A stretch of DNA of 64,000 nucleotides, taken from positions 248,001 through 312,000 of IMG/VR virus record IMGVR_UViG_3300044640_001495. One strand, written 5' to 3'. The stretch's first letter is position 1, and each line of letters begins with the position of its first letter. The notes under the pieces were generated by a model. The model searched no databases. It worked only from the letters and a program-made list of their open reading frames with translations, and had not been told where the DNA came from. Position numbers and translations under genes: made by a program. Positions 1 through 9,828 of this stretch are shown here, piece after piece.

Positions 1-150
1 GACATGGGCGAAATACATAGAGAATACGATCCTATCAGAATTTTACCTGATGAGCGAGTGAACAGAATAAATGAAAATATCATGTCAATGACAGACGACA
101 TAACTACACTAGTAGTAAATCACGTATTAGGAAAAAAAGATGACAGTTAA
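1..150 (+). CDS. 3' end of a truncated ORF, possibly a GT9/heptosyltransferase-like glycosyltransferase
   Basis: Frame 1 is open from base 1: DMGEIHREYDPIRILPDERVNRINENIMSMTDDITTLVVNHVLGKKDDS*, overlapping the next ATG. The family call rests on recalled similarity to GT tails preceding carbamoyltransferases in T4-like phages and is weak. Confidence 0.4.
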   Translation, partial: DMGEIHREYDPIRILPDERVNRINENIMSMTDDITTLVVNHVLGKKDDS

Positions 151-1969
151 AACCATATCAGCAAAAAAATCAAATAAACCCGTGTGGGTCGCAGCCATTG
201 CTCGCGGACATAATGCAGGCATCTGTCTACTAAAAGACGGAGAGATTGTATTTTCTATCGAAGAAGAAAGATTGAGTCGTCAAAAGTATGACGGCGGTCC
301 GCTTGCGTCAATGGTTAAGATTTTAGAATACACAGATAAGCTAGACTTTTTGGTTGTAGCACATACACAGAGTCTTGCAGATTCTTCGGGAAAAATTGAT
401 TATACCGGCGACGATATGTACACTGGCCTAGCTCGAAAGTTAGGACTAATTGATAGAAAAGTAGCTAACCTACACAAACATCCTCAGGTGATTGATCTCA
501 GTTTCATGCATCACAAGCTGCATGCTGCCTGCGCATTTTATCGTTCAGGTTGGGAAGATGCAGTTTCTTTGATTGTTGATGGTGCAGGCACATTCTATCA
601 AATGAGTTACAACGACCAACCACTGTGGGTATGGGAAGTTGAGTCTATTGTTGATTGTGCATATCCTGCAGATTTCAAAACTCTTTACAAAAATTACGGT
701 GCAAGAGATCCTATTGTTGGAACATTTCAAGCTGAATTTCCTTCTGCAAATTTAGGCGAGGATGGCGAAACACACGAAGCATGGGTTAGTGATCGTGCAG
801 GCATTGTCAAGGCCTACGAGGGAGTAACTGAATATTGTGGATTCTCAGCTATTGAAGCTGGAAAGACTATGGGATTATTTCCATACGGAAAAGCCAACAA
901 TAAAATTCCTCCGTTGTTTGATACAACATCTAAAATTCCGTTAACAAATAGAAACTTATTGGTGCCAAAATATCCAATGAGTAGCATGGTTAATTCACAA
1001 CTATTTGATTATATTGACGAATTTCCTGAAGATCCTAAAGGTGATGTTACCTACATGGACAATCGTAGAGATATGGCCTATGCTGTTCAGACACAGACGC
1101 AAGAACAGGTGGTAAGACTAATCAAATTAGCCGCAGAAAAAAGTGGAAAGAATCGTGTTGTTATTTCCGGAGGCTATGGATTAAACTGTGTTGCTAACTA
1201 TCATTATCTAGAAGAATTAAAAGATAGCGGCATTGAAATTTATGTTGAACCTATCAGCAATGATGCAGGTACAGCAATGGGCGCAGGTCTGCTGTTCTAT
1301 CATGGCATGTATGACGATACTACCATACGTAAATACGATACTTTGTATTATGGCCCTGTACACACTTATACCAGTGAAGAAATTGCTGCAAAGGCAGAAG
1401 CTGCTAATGCAGAAGTTACAGATGCTACAGCTAAAGACATTGTCAAGCTGTTACGTGAAAAAAACATTGTGACTATCTTCCAAGGACGTTCAGAAAACGG
1501 ACCACGTGCCCTAGGCAATCGTTCAGTGCTGTTTGATCCAACATTTGAAGACGGCAAAGACTATGTGAATGCAGTCAAGCATCGTGAATACTTCCGCCCA
1601 TTTGCGGGAAGTATTCTAGAAGAAGATGTACACGAGTGGTTTGATTTACGTGGAATGAAAAACAGTCCATTCATGATGTACGCTGTAAACTGCCAGCCAG
1701 GAGTTGAAGAAAAGATTCCAAGCATTATTCACGAAGATCATACCTGCCGTATTCAAACAGTTAATCCTGAGCAGAACAAGCACTACTATGATTTGATCAA
1801 AGCATTCAAAGATGAAACAGGCGTTCCTATCCTGTTTAATACCAGCTTTAATCTAGGTGGCGAACCCCTAGTAGAAACACTAGATGATGCTATTTGGACA
1901 TTACAAAAGTCAGAAATTGAATACCTGTACTTGCCCGAGTACAGTAAACTAATTAAAATTGCCAACTAA
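140..1969 (+). CDS. O-carbamoyltransferase, NodU/CmcH/TobZ family, full length (Kae1-like plus YrdC-like domains)
   Basis: Motifs EEERLSRQK, HHKLHAACAF, DGAG, SGGYGLNCVAN, NDAGTAMGA, GRSENGPRALGNRS, KHREYFRPFA, FNTSFNLGGEPLVET. Confidence 0.93.
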   Translation: MTVKTISAKKSNKPVWVAAIARGHNAGICLLKDGEIVFSIEEERLSRQKYDGGPLASMVKILEYTDKLDFLVVAHTQSLADSSGKIDYTGDDMYTGLARKLGLIDRKVANLHKHPQVIDLSFMHHKLHAACAFYRSGWEDAVSLIVDGAGTFYQMSYNDQPLWVWEVESIVDCAYPADFKTLYKNYGARDPIVGTFQAEFPSANLGEDGETHEAWVSDRAGIVKAYEGVTEYCGFSAIEAGKTMGLFPYGKANNKIPPLFDTTSKIPLTNRNLLVPKYPMSSMVNSQLFDYIDEFPEDPKGDVTYMDNRRDMAYAVQTQTQEQVVRLIKLAAEKSGKNRVVISGGYGLNCVANYHYLEELKDSGIEIYVEPISNDAGTAMGAGLLFYHGMYDDTTIRKYDTLYYGPVHTYTSEEIAAKAEAANAEVTDATAKDIVKLLREKNIVTIFQGRSENGPRALGNRSVLFDPTFEDGKDYVNAVKHREYFRPFAGSILEEDVHEWFDLRGMKNSPFMMYAVNCQPGVEEKIPSIIHEDHTCRIQTVNPEQNKHYYDLIKAFKDETGVPILFNTSFNLGGEPLVETLDDAIWTLQKSEIEYLYLPEYSKLIKIAN

Positions 1970-1991
1970 AAAAGCCCGCAAGGGCTTTTTT
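1968..1991 (+). terminator. Rho-independent terminator, potentially bidirectional
   Basis: AAAAAAGCCC-GCAA-GGGCTTTTTT directly after the stop codon, with a GNRA loop. Confidence 0.85.
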
Positions 1992-1998
1992 GTTTTAT

Positions 1999-2006
1999 GA
2001 TAAATA
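1999..2006 (+). promoter_or_regulatory. T4-type late promoter (GATAAATA) 7 nt before ATG 2014
   Basis: Matches the T4 gp55 late consensus TATAAATA; no Shine-Dalgarno present. Confidence 0.65.
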
Positions 2007-2013
2007 CACTACT

Positions 2014-2451
2014 ATGATCAACTTCACAAAATATTTCTTTCAAGGAGTTAAAAACACTCTTAGAATTCAGAACGGAGTGCAATTTGCCTACAAGGGTCCT
2101 TGGCAAACAGTAACACCCAACACCATTATAGACGAATGGTATGTTGGTGATTTTATGGCTGCAGAATACACAGTGGTAGTTGACGTGGGCAACACAAGAA
2201 AAGAAATAATCAAATGTCTAGTGGTAGCAGGCCCTGAAAATGCCAATCTTACCATTTATGGTCGTACCAATCTCAGCGAAAATCTAATAGATATCACAGC
2301 CACTGTTAATGCATCAAAAATGCAACTGGTGGCAAATCCGGCATCCAGCCCGGACGGATCAACCTATGATAACAGCACGTTGTTATTGGGTAGCAAGATG
2401 ATATTCAGTGCCACTTACTATCACACAATCAACGATCTTGCGATTACTTAA
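2014..2451 (+). CDS. hypothetical virion structural protein (start revised from 1990 to ATG 2014)
   Basis: Beta-rich sequence in the tail module, placed directly behind a late promoter. Confidence 0.6.
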   Translation: MINFTKYFFQGVKNTLRIQNGVQFAYKGPWQTVTPNTIIDEWYVGDFMAAEYTVVVDVGNTRKEIIKCLVVAGPENANLTIYGRTNLSENLIDITATVNASKMQLVANPASSPDGSTYDNSTLLLGSKMIFSATYYHTINDLAIT

Positions 2452-2463
2452 AGGTTAACTCCG

Positions 2464-2471
2464 TATAAATA
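2464..2471 (+). promoter_or_regulatory. T4-type late promoter, perfect TATAAATA
   Basis: Exact consensus upstream of 2522; GCGGAG SD-like sequence before the ATG. Confidence 0.8.
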
Positions 2472-2521
2472 CACTAGCAATCTTTGTGGAAGTTGATGGT
2501 GGTGGAATAGCGGAGAACTAA

Positions 2522-3085
2522 ATGTCAGTAAATTACATACCTTTAGAATCAAAAAGCGGCTTTCGCAGCCCGGGCTTCTCAGTGGATGAATTGGGAAATT
2601 TAACGGTCACTGGTGCTGTATCTGTTGCAGGTTCTATCGATACCACTGGCAGTTTCAAAATCAACGGTATTCCTATTATAGATGCCAGCGATTCGATCAT
2701 CGGCCTTGACCCAATCATAGAAAGAGCCATCGGACTAAGACAGTTGGGCACTTTAGATTTTCTAAACATTGCCGGCGATCTTATTATCAGTGAAGGATCC
2801 ACACCTTATTTCAATGTGGTCAACGGACATGTCGAAATGACCAGTGTGTCTTCAGTTGGCGCTATTAATAACATGGATATTGGGTTAATTGAACCCGGTG
2901 ACGGAAATTTTAAATCATTAAATGTTGGACCTGGCGATAGTACAGGTGAGCTCACAGTACAGGGAAATATCTATACCACCGGAGTTATAGATATTGCAAC
3001 AGCCCCTACAGAAACTACACACGCCACTAGAAAAGATTATGTTGATGCAAGAGTAGCTGCATTTTCAATTGCTTTTGGTGCTTAA
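2522..3085 (+). CDS. tail-fibre-associated structural protein
   Basis: Gly/Ile/Thr beta-repeats; C-terminal KDYVDARVAAFSIAFGA of the kind ending T4-like fibre proteins. Confidence 0.55.
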   Translation: MSVNYIPLESKSGFRSPGFSVDELGNLTVTGAVSVAGSIDTTGSFKINGIPIIDASDSIIGLDPIIERAIGLRQLGTLDFLNIAGDLIISEGSTPYFNVVNGHVEMTSVSSVGAINNMDIGLIEPGDGNFKSLNVGPGDSTGELTVQGNIYTTGVIDIATAPTETTHATRKDYVDARVAAFSIAFGA

Positions 3086-3095
3086 GGAAAAATAA

Positions 3096-6000
3096 ATGGC
3101 AAAGAAACAGATTAAACAATACGTATTTGAACCAGGAATAAGCAAAGATGCCAGCCTGTATCCTAAGGCAGTGGCTCTGCTGTTGGCCAACAAGGCCTTC
3201 CTTCAAGCTCAAGTTGTTGCATTTATCAATTATAATATCACAAATAATATTGCTCCGTATGTTGGATATACATTTGCTTCTGCAAAATGTACTAGAGACG
3301 TTGGTTTCTTTATTGATGCTGTTGCACATGATTTAAGATACGGCGGTAATGTCAATTCAAGACAGATAGCAGAATATTTCTGGATCGACGGCGAGCCAAT
3401 GATTCGCGGAGATGTCACTCCAGAAACCACGGGACAGGCCTATCTAGCCAGCGTTATCAACGACTATATCTTTACCAATACCACAGTGTCTCCTAGTTAC
3501 AGCAACGCCAGTGTGCAGACCAAATACATAGGTCAGAATGCAGAAGCAGGTGCTAGCTCAAGAAACACCAGCCTATGGAATATCTTTACCACAGTGATCA
3601 CCAATGGTGTTGATTCTGTACCTGCCAAAGTCACAGGTGTTAGCAGTATAAAATTATTGGGCAATTACACATCCAGCGAACTGTTGTTGATTACCAACAC
3701 AGCAAACAATGAGATTCTTTATAATTTTGCTGACTCTGCGTTTCCTGTCACACTGGTGCAAAAACAAGGTAGAAGCAGCGGCGACGGAAAACTACTTAGC
3801 GATCTAGATTTTCCCTCATGGTGGCAGACCAGTGATGCCATCACCACTCTGTATCTGGCCAAAGACACTTCTACTGCGTCTGCCACAGATGACATTCAGA
3901 TTTTTGTTGAAAATGAATCACAAACAATTAGACCTTGGGACTTTGGTACAGATGCTATTGAGCGTATGCGTGTGGCTGCTCCACAGGCCATGTTGGATGC
4001 TGACTTTGAATATGGATTGCAACCAACCAAATGGCAAGCAATTGGCCTAATGAGAGGTTATCCATCTCTTTTTGAAATTCCAGGCACAGATTTAACAGTG
4101 TCTGCGATGACAACCGATGCATCTGTGAACACAGGAAATTTTGGAAGTTCATTAATCACGGTTACCACTTCGGGTTCACATGGATTTAGTATTCAACAAC
4201 CAATTACAGTAAAAGGATTAAATGCTGCTGTGAGTGGTTTTGCAAGAGCAGAAGGCAGTTTCTTGATCTACAGCGTTCCAAACTCAGTGACATTTACCTA
4301 TTATGCATCAGCTCGAGTAGGATCATCAGATGGTCAGAGTTTGTTCACTTCGTTTGTTCAAATACGGCAAGCAGGATTTTACACAGGAGCCTCAATAGGC
4401 CAGCCCACTTTCAGTGTGTTCAGTAATGGCTCTAACAACAGTATTACCAGCGTGTTTTCAACTCCTTCCGGATCATTCAACATTGCATTTAATGGAACAT
4501 CACCTACACCAGGATCTCCTATATCCGGCAGTCCAAATATTGCGGCAGCAACATCTGTATCTGGTGTTGTTGGAGCATCTACAGTAACAGCCAATGCGAA
4601 ATTTACCACCTTGATCACTGATACAGAACTATCACTGGTGGATTTAACTGGAGTTCAACAGGCCATGGCCATTGACAACGGTTCAGGTAGCGCAATTTTT
4701 ATTAACTCACTTTCTGGCAACTTGTTAAACTTGTCAGGGGCTTGCGGACAGGTCTACATAGGTGCCAATGCAACCAATACAGCAGTGAGTGGTACCAATA
4801 TCAACGGTATTGGAACAAACGCACACTTTGATGTCAGCAGAAGTGGTACCAGCTACACAGTGACTGATGCTCTTGACAGCTCATCAAACGGAGAAAATTA
4901 CGCAGTAGGAGATTCTATAATAATTCTAGGATCAGTGCTAGGTGGCACAGATGGGGTCAATGACGTCATCATCTCAGTTACTGCGGTTGACAGTGGTGGT
5001 GCCATAACTAATTTTAGTTTTGCAGGCACAGCTATATCAGGCGGTGCCACTTATAATAATCAAAATTCTTCTTCAACAACCAGTATAGCTGGTGGAGGAG
5101 CTCAATTATCAGTTGCACGAACAGGTGGCACTGGCGCTTATGCCATAGCTTTATCTGCCGGTGGAGCAGATTACCTAGCTGGCGACACAGTTACTTGGGC
5201 AGGTACACTGTTTGGAGGCACAAGTCCAGCCAATGACATTGTTATCCAAGTTGACGGTGTTACTGCAGGAGCCATAGTAGATTTCCAGATAGTGGGAACT
5301 CCTGTAGGAGCTTCTGGTGATGCATCTTATCCAGGTGAGACAGCTGCCAATATACCAGTATCTGGTAGCGGCGCAACATTTACAATTATACGCACTGATG
5401 GTGTATATTCTATAGTGAGTCCTATAGTTGTGCCCACAGGACTAGGATATGCTATCGGAAACAGAATACTGATTAGTGGAGCCAACCTTGACGGTGCAGC
5501 AGGTGTCAATGACTGTACTGTACAGGTAACCAACGTTAACGGCACAGGAGAAATACTCAGTGCTACAACTACAGGAACTCCTTTTGCGGGTTCTCCTATT
5601 ACCATTTACCCAACACTGAGTATCAGTGAAGCTACCACGGGTATCATTGGATCTGGAACAGTGTTGAATGTGGGCGCCATTGCCACAGTGCAGGTTGACT
5701 TTGCCACAAATCATGGTCTAGTACCAGGCACAACTATTTTGACCAGCATTTCATCACTGCCTGCTCCTGATTTTACGGCCACAGCAAGAACGCTGCCATC
5801 GTCAGGATCTTGGAGCGGAGTTGCATTTGCTGGCAGTACATTTGTGGCCGTGTTACCAGCCACTCAAACATCAGCAAGATCTATAGATGGCAGCAGTTGG
5901 GCCAGCGGAGGCAATCTGCCGTCGTCAGCCACGTGGACTTCAGTGGCTGCAGGTGTAGTTGCATCCACTACCTATTTTGTTGCTGTGGCCAGCGGCGGCA

Positions 6001-9000
6001 CTGCCGCAGCATATTCCACTAATGCAGGAGTTTCTTGGTCAGCGGCCACCTTGCCATCAAGTTCAACTTGGTCCTCTGTGACCTACTACGGCGGATTTTT
6101 TGTAGCAGTAGCCAGTGGTGGTACTGCTGCCGCCTATTCTATAGATGGTGGTCAAACATGGGCAGCAGCAACCCTACCGTCCAGTGCCACTTGGACAGAC
6201 GTAGCAGGTGGACTAATTGGATCTTCAACATATTTTGTTGCTATTTCCAGTGGCGGTACAGCAGCTGCCTATTCAGTGGACAACGGAGCCAGTTGGCTGG
6301 CCACAGGAGCATTACCTGCCAGTACCACTTGGTCATCGATCGCCTACGGCAACAGTAGATTTTTTGCAGTTGCTACAGGAGGAACCATTGGAGCATTTAG
6401 CACCAACGGAAACACATGGACAGCTTCTGTGTTACCTGCATCCGCAAATTGGAACAGTGTGACATTTGGCGATGACTCGTTTGTTGCAGTTGCCAGCGGC
6501 AGCACATCCGCACTGACCAGCTTCACTGGTGAAACTGGCAGTTTTACATCACAAGTAACAACCTCTGCTGCTACCTGGGAAGAAATTGCATTTGGATCTT
6601 ACACAGGACTTGGTAAGTTTGCGGTTGTTGGCAACAGTAACAGTGCCATGGACATTGTGTTGACCAGCGCCAACCACCAAATTGCCACAGGACCACACGT
6701 GGTCACTCAAGTTCCCAGTCTAACCAGTATTAGATATCCTGCAAGAACCACAGGAGCAATCAATACCTCCGTGGCTGGCCTTACTGGATTTGTTTATGCA
6801 AGACCGGACAGTTTCTTTACTCATAGACCATTTGATGGTGGAGTGCAACTAGGAACCGGCGGCCCCAGTCACGGTGCGCAAGCCATACGTCAGAGCAAGA
6901 AATACATTCGTTACCAATCTGGTAAAGGCATGATGTATACCACAGGTGGCCTATTTGCACCTAGTTACAATTTATCATCAGCCACTGCGGTTTCTCCTGA
7001 AGTAAACAGTTTTATCACATTTACCTGTGATGATACAGATCACGGATTGCAACCTGGAGCTGAAATCGAAATAATTGGCTGTGTATCATTTGAATACAAT
7101 GGCGACTATGTGGTAGAAAGTATTGTTGATGCTAGAAGTTTTAGAGTGAGATCCAACGCTTATCTGTCAACTCTGTCTGCACAGTTGGGCACCGACTGCA
7201 AGGTTTTGTTGAAACGCTGGGCAGGCGCCACTGTGCGCATAGGTGCATTTGACGAACAAAATGGTATATTTTATCAATATGATGGTCAAGAAATGGCAGT
7301 GGTTAGACGAAGCAGTACTAACCAGCTCAGCGGTACATCCAGCATCACAGTGGACAGTAATCTAGTCACCGGCAGCGGCACACGTTTTCAAGATCAGTTG
7401 AAAGTGGGGGACAAAATAGTTATAAGAGGTATGAGTCATATCGTATCAGGTATCACCAGCCAAACTTCTATGACAATGACTCCAGATTGGCGAGGCGCCA
7501 ATTCAGTCACAGGCGCTAGAATATGTATCACAGAAGAATTGTATATTCCACAAAGTGATTGGAACGTTGATACTCTTGACGGTAACGGGCCTAGTGGATA
7601 CACCCTGCTGCCATGGCGCATGCAGATGTTGGGCATGCAGTATACCTGGTATGCTGCCGGATTCATTGAGTTCATGATGCGTGGAGCAGACGGTAAATTT
7701 GTATTCCTACACAGAATTAGAAATTCCAATACCAATACAGAAGCTTATATGCGTACAGCCAACTTGCCTGTGCGATATGAAGTTGAAAACAGATCAGCAG
7801 TGAATAAACTGGCACTGGCTCTTGGCAGTGGAGACAATAGTCTCACACTTACAGATGCCTATAGATTTCCAAGTACTGGAATCTTGTACATCGGCAACGA
7901 ATTGATCAGCTACTCTGGAAAATCAGGAAGAACACTCACAGGATTGTCCAGAGCTGCATCATTTACTGCATTCACTGCAGGACAAAATAGAACTTTCACA
8001 GCTGGTGTTACAGCATCACATGCTGCGGGAGCAGGAGTTTCATTGATCAGCTGCACCTGTAGCCCCACAATCAGTCACTGGGGATCAGCACTATTAACAG
8101 ACGGTTTGTTTGATTCTGACAGGGGATATTTGTTTAACTATGCGGTAACCGGATTGTCAGTAACTACAACAAGACAAACTGCTTTTATGTTGAGATTGGC
8201 TCCGAGCGTGTCAAACGCCATTGTTGGCGACCTCGGTGAACGAGATCTACTAAACAGAGCGCAGTTGTTGTTGAACGCTATCACATTAACAGCAGACACA
8301 GGAAGCGGTGCAATCGTTGTTGAAGGAGTTTTGAATCCTAGAAACTATCCTGCTAGTCCCAGCAATGTGACTTTCACGGGCTTGTCAAGTGCTGCCGCTG
8401 GCGGACAGCCAAGTTTTGCTCAGGTGGCACTGGGAGGATCTATCAACTGGGGTGGTGTACCTAGCTCAACAACCACTGCCACGGTGCAGGGAGCATTGAC
8501 CACCACTATCACAGCTAGAGGTTTTGCCACAGTCACACAGACCGTGACTGCTATAGCACTGCCTACCGGCATAGATATTTCAGGACTTGCAGTCAGCAGT
8601 GCTAGAACTGATTTTTATATTTTAAACAGTGCTTACGATTTGATCACAGCAACTCCTTTGAGAGTTGGTGATGGTGTTTTCCTAACTAGTAGAGTAACCG
8701 GCGGACAGACCATTGCCAGTATAACCAGAGCCTATCTAGGCACTGCCTATACAAGAATTGTAATGACAGCGGTGGCCAATTCCAGCAGTCCTGTAAATAC
8801 CAATCAAACCATAACCATAACCAACAGTATTTCTGTTAGCTATTCTAGGGCGTTTTTGGCGGGAAGAACAGATTTCTTGATAACAAATACCGATGCAACC
8901 ACTTCTAATGTGACGGCAGGCGACTCACTGAGTGCTACAACATATGTGATCGGCGGCCAAACTGCAAGTAGTGTGACTTCATCCTATGCCACAGTGGCTG

Positions 9001-9557
9001 GTGTAGCTTATACAAGAATCATAATGAACACCGCTGCCAACGCCTCTATTGGTGCTAACACCAACGTGTCAACCACAGTCACTGCTTCAGGCACCACAGC
9101 ATCATATTCAGGCACAAACTTTTTGTTCTTTACCAACGCTACCTGGAATTCATCTGGTGCTAGTGTGAGCACACGAGTGGCCACATCATTTACTCAATTT
9201 TCAGCGGGAACATCTGTATCTGCTGTGGCTACACGTAGACTGGGTGCTACCACAGTGGTTAGAGCTTCGTTCACACAGAACTTGAACACTGCTGTGGCAG
9301 CAGCAGCCACAGTGACATTCCAGTTTGGAGATCCGCAGTTTGCGCTGCCAGGTGAACAGGTGTTTTCATTCGTGGCAAATCCAGGTAATACCACAAGTTT
9401 AGATTTATTAGAATTGAAAGAGTTGACCACAACAGCAATTGGTGGACGAGGTGCGTTCCCCAATGGACCAGATGTGCTGGCCATCAATGTCTATAAGGTA
9501 TCGGGTACAGCAACTCCTGCTTCAATTATTCTGCGTTGGGGTGAAGCTCAGGCATAA
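3096..9557 (+). CDS. giant Ser/Thr/Gly-rich tail fibre / baseplate-associated virion protein (2153 aa)
   Basis: AAGGA SD; KCTRDVG..DAVAHDLRYGGN motif; internal Gly-rich repeats; BNR-like propeller repeats; located in the tail module. Confidence 0.75.
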   Translation: MAKKQIKQYVFEPGISKDASLYPKAVALLLANKAFLQAQVVAFINYNITNNIAPYVGYTFASAKCTRDVGFFIDAVAHDLRYGGNVNSRQIAEYFWIDGEPMIRGDVTPETTGQAYLASVINDYIFTNTTVSPSYSNASVQTKYIGQNAEAGASSRNTSLWNIFTTVITNGVDSVPAKVTGVSSIKLLGNYTSSELLLITNTANNEILYNFADSAFPVTLVQKQGRSSGDGKLLSDLDFPSWWQTSDAITTLYLAKDTSTASATDDIQIFVENESQTIRPWDFGTDAIERMRVAAPQAMLDADFEYGLQPTKWQAIGLMRGYPSLFEIPGTDLTVSAMTTDASVNTGNFGSSLITVTTSGSHGFSIQQPITVKGLNAAVSGFARAEGSFLIYSVPNSVTFTYYASARVGSSDGQSLFTSFVQIRQAGFYTGASIGQPTFSVFSNGSNNSITSVFSTPSGSFNIAFNGTSPTPGSPISGSPNIAAATSVSGVVGASTVTANAKFTTLITDTELSLVDLTGVQQAMAIDNGSGSAIFINSLSGNLLNLSGACGQVYIGANATNTAVSGTNINGIGTNAHFDVSRSGTSYTVTDALDSSSNGENYAVGDSIIILGSVLGGTDGVNDVIISVTAVDSGGAITNFSFAGTAISGGATYNNQNSSSTTSIAGGGAQLSVARTGGTGAYAIALSAGGADYLAGDTVTWAGTLFGGTSPANDIVIQVDGVTAGAIVDFQIVGTPVGASGDASYPGETAANIPVSGSGATFTIIRTDGVYSIVSPIVVPTGLGYAIGNRILISGANLDGAAGVNDCTVQVTNVNGTGEILSATTTGTPFAGSPITIYPTLSISEATTGIIGSGTVLNVGAIATVQVDFATNHGLVPGTTILTSISSLPAPDFTATARTLPSSGSWSGVAFAGSTFVAVLPATQTSARSIDGSSWASGGNLPSSATWTSVAAGVVASTTYFVAVASGGTAAAYSTNAGVSWSAATLPSSSTWSSVTYYGGFFVAVASGGTAAAYSIDGGQTWAAATLPSSATWTDVAGGLIGSSTYFVAISSGGTAAAYSVDNGASWLATGALPASTTWSSIAYGNSRFFAVATGGTIGAFSTNGNTWTASVLPASANWNSVTFGDDSFVAVASGSTSALTSFTGETGSFTSQVTTSAATWEEIAFGSYTGLGKFAVVGNSNSAMDIVLTSANHQIATGPHVVTQVPSLTSIRYPARTTGAINTSVAGLTGFVYARPDSFFTHRPFDGGVQLGTGGPSHGAQAIRQSKKYIRYQSGKGMMYTTGGLFAPSYNLSSATAVSPEVNSFITFTCDDTDHGLQPGAEIEIIGCVSFEYNGDYVVESIVDARSFRVRSNAYLSTLSAQLGTDCKVLLKRWAGATVRIGAFDEQNGIFYQYDGQEMAVVRRSSTNQLSGTSSITVDSNLVTGSGTRFQDQLKVGDKIVIRGMSHIVSGITSQTSMTMTPDWRGANSVTGARICITEELYIPQSDWNVDTLDGNGPSGYTLLPWRMQMLGMQYTWYAAGFIEFMMRGADGKFVFLHRIRNSNTNTEAYMRTANLPVRYEVENRSAVNKLALALGSGDNSLTLTDAYRFPSTGILYIGNELISYSGKSGRTLTGLSRAASFTAFTAGQNRTFTAGVTASHAAGAGVSLISCTCSPTISHWGSALLTDGLFDSDRGYLFNYAVTGLSVTTTRQTAFMLRLAPSVSNAIVGDLGERDLLNRAQLLLNAITLTADTGSGAIVVEGVLNPRNYPASPSNVTFTGLSSAAAGGQPSFAQVALGGSINWGGVPSSTTTATVQGALTTTITARGFATVTQTVTAIALPTGIDISGLAVSSARTDFYILNSAYDLITATPLRVGDGVFLTSRVTGGQTIASITRAYLGTAYTRIVMTAVANSSSPVNTNQTITITNSISVSYSRAFLAGRTDFLITNTDATTSNVTAGDSLSATTYVIGGQTASSVTSSYATVAGVAYTRIIMNTAANASIGANTNVSTTVTASGTTASYSGTNFLFFTNATWNSSGASVSTRVATSFTQFSAGTSVSAVATRRLGATTVVRASFTQNLNTAVAAAATVTFQFGDPQFALPGEQVFSFVANPGNTTSLDLLELKELTTTAIGGRGAFPNGPDVLAINVYKVSGTATPASIILRWGEAQA
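4800..5580 (+). repeat. three to four degenerate ~85-aa protein repeats (GATFxVxRxGxxY...GxxYxxGDxIxIxGxxLGG...ND)
   Basis: Visible in translation: GENYAVGDSIIILGSVLGGTDGVND, GADYLAGDTVTWAGTLFGGTSPAND, GLGYAIGNRILISGANLDGAAGVND. Boundaries approximate. Confidence 0.7.
5790..6660 (+). repeat. about six BNR/Asp-box-like beta-propeller blade repeats (LPSSATWxxVAxG..FVAVAxGGTAAAYSxDxGxxW)
   Basis: Tandem 42-46-aa repeats in translation, e.g. LPSSATWTSVAAG, LPSSSTWSSVTYY, LPSSATWTDVAGG, LPASTTWSSIAYG, LPASANWNSVTFG. Boundaries approximate. Confidence 0.8.
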
Positions 9558-9828
9558 TTGGCGTTGATCGATAGTTGGCAAGTTTCTGTTCTAACTGAGA
9601 TTTGATTTTTATCAATTCTTGTCTTAGTTCAGAAACTTCAGAATTTATTTTGCCGTTAATGAACATCTGTTCATGGCATCGATCAATGTAGATCACTGTG
9701 TTCTTGAACTCTGCAAGCAGCTTGTTCAACTCATCTTGTTTTTCAGTATCCGAAATGTCCGTGATCTTTTTTTGAAAATTAGAATAATCTTCTTTGAAAC
9801 GTTGACTATTTTGTATTTTTAGCATCAT
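9526..9828 (-). CDS. hypothetical helical / coiled-coil protein
   Basis: Protein-like composition; follows the NUDIX-like gene on the same strand; convergent overlap with the giant gene. Confidence 0.55.
   Translation of the reverse strand: MMLKIQNSQRFKEDYSNFQKKITDISDTEKQDELNKLLAEFKNTVIYIDRCHEQMFINGKINSEVSELRQELIKIKSQLEQKLANYRSTPIMPELHPNAE

Noticed and set aside
5790-6660. CRISPR array or diversity-generating retroelement target
   Set aside because: Repeats are degenerate, in-frame protein repeats with no unique spacers, and no reverse transcriptase or template repeat was seen in the window.
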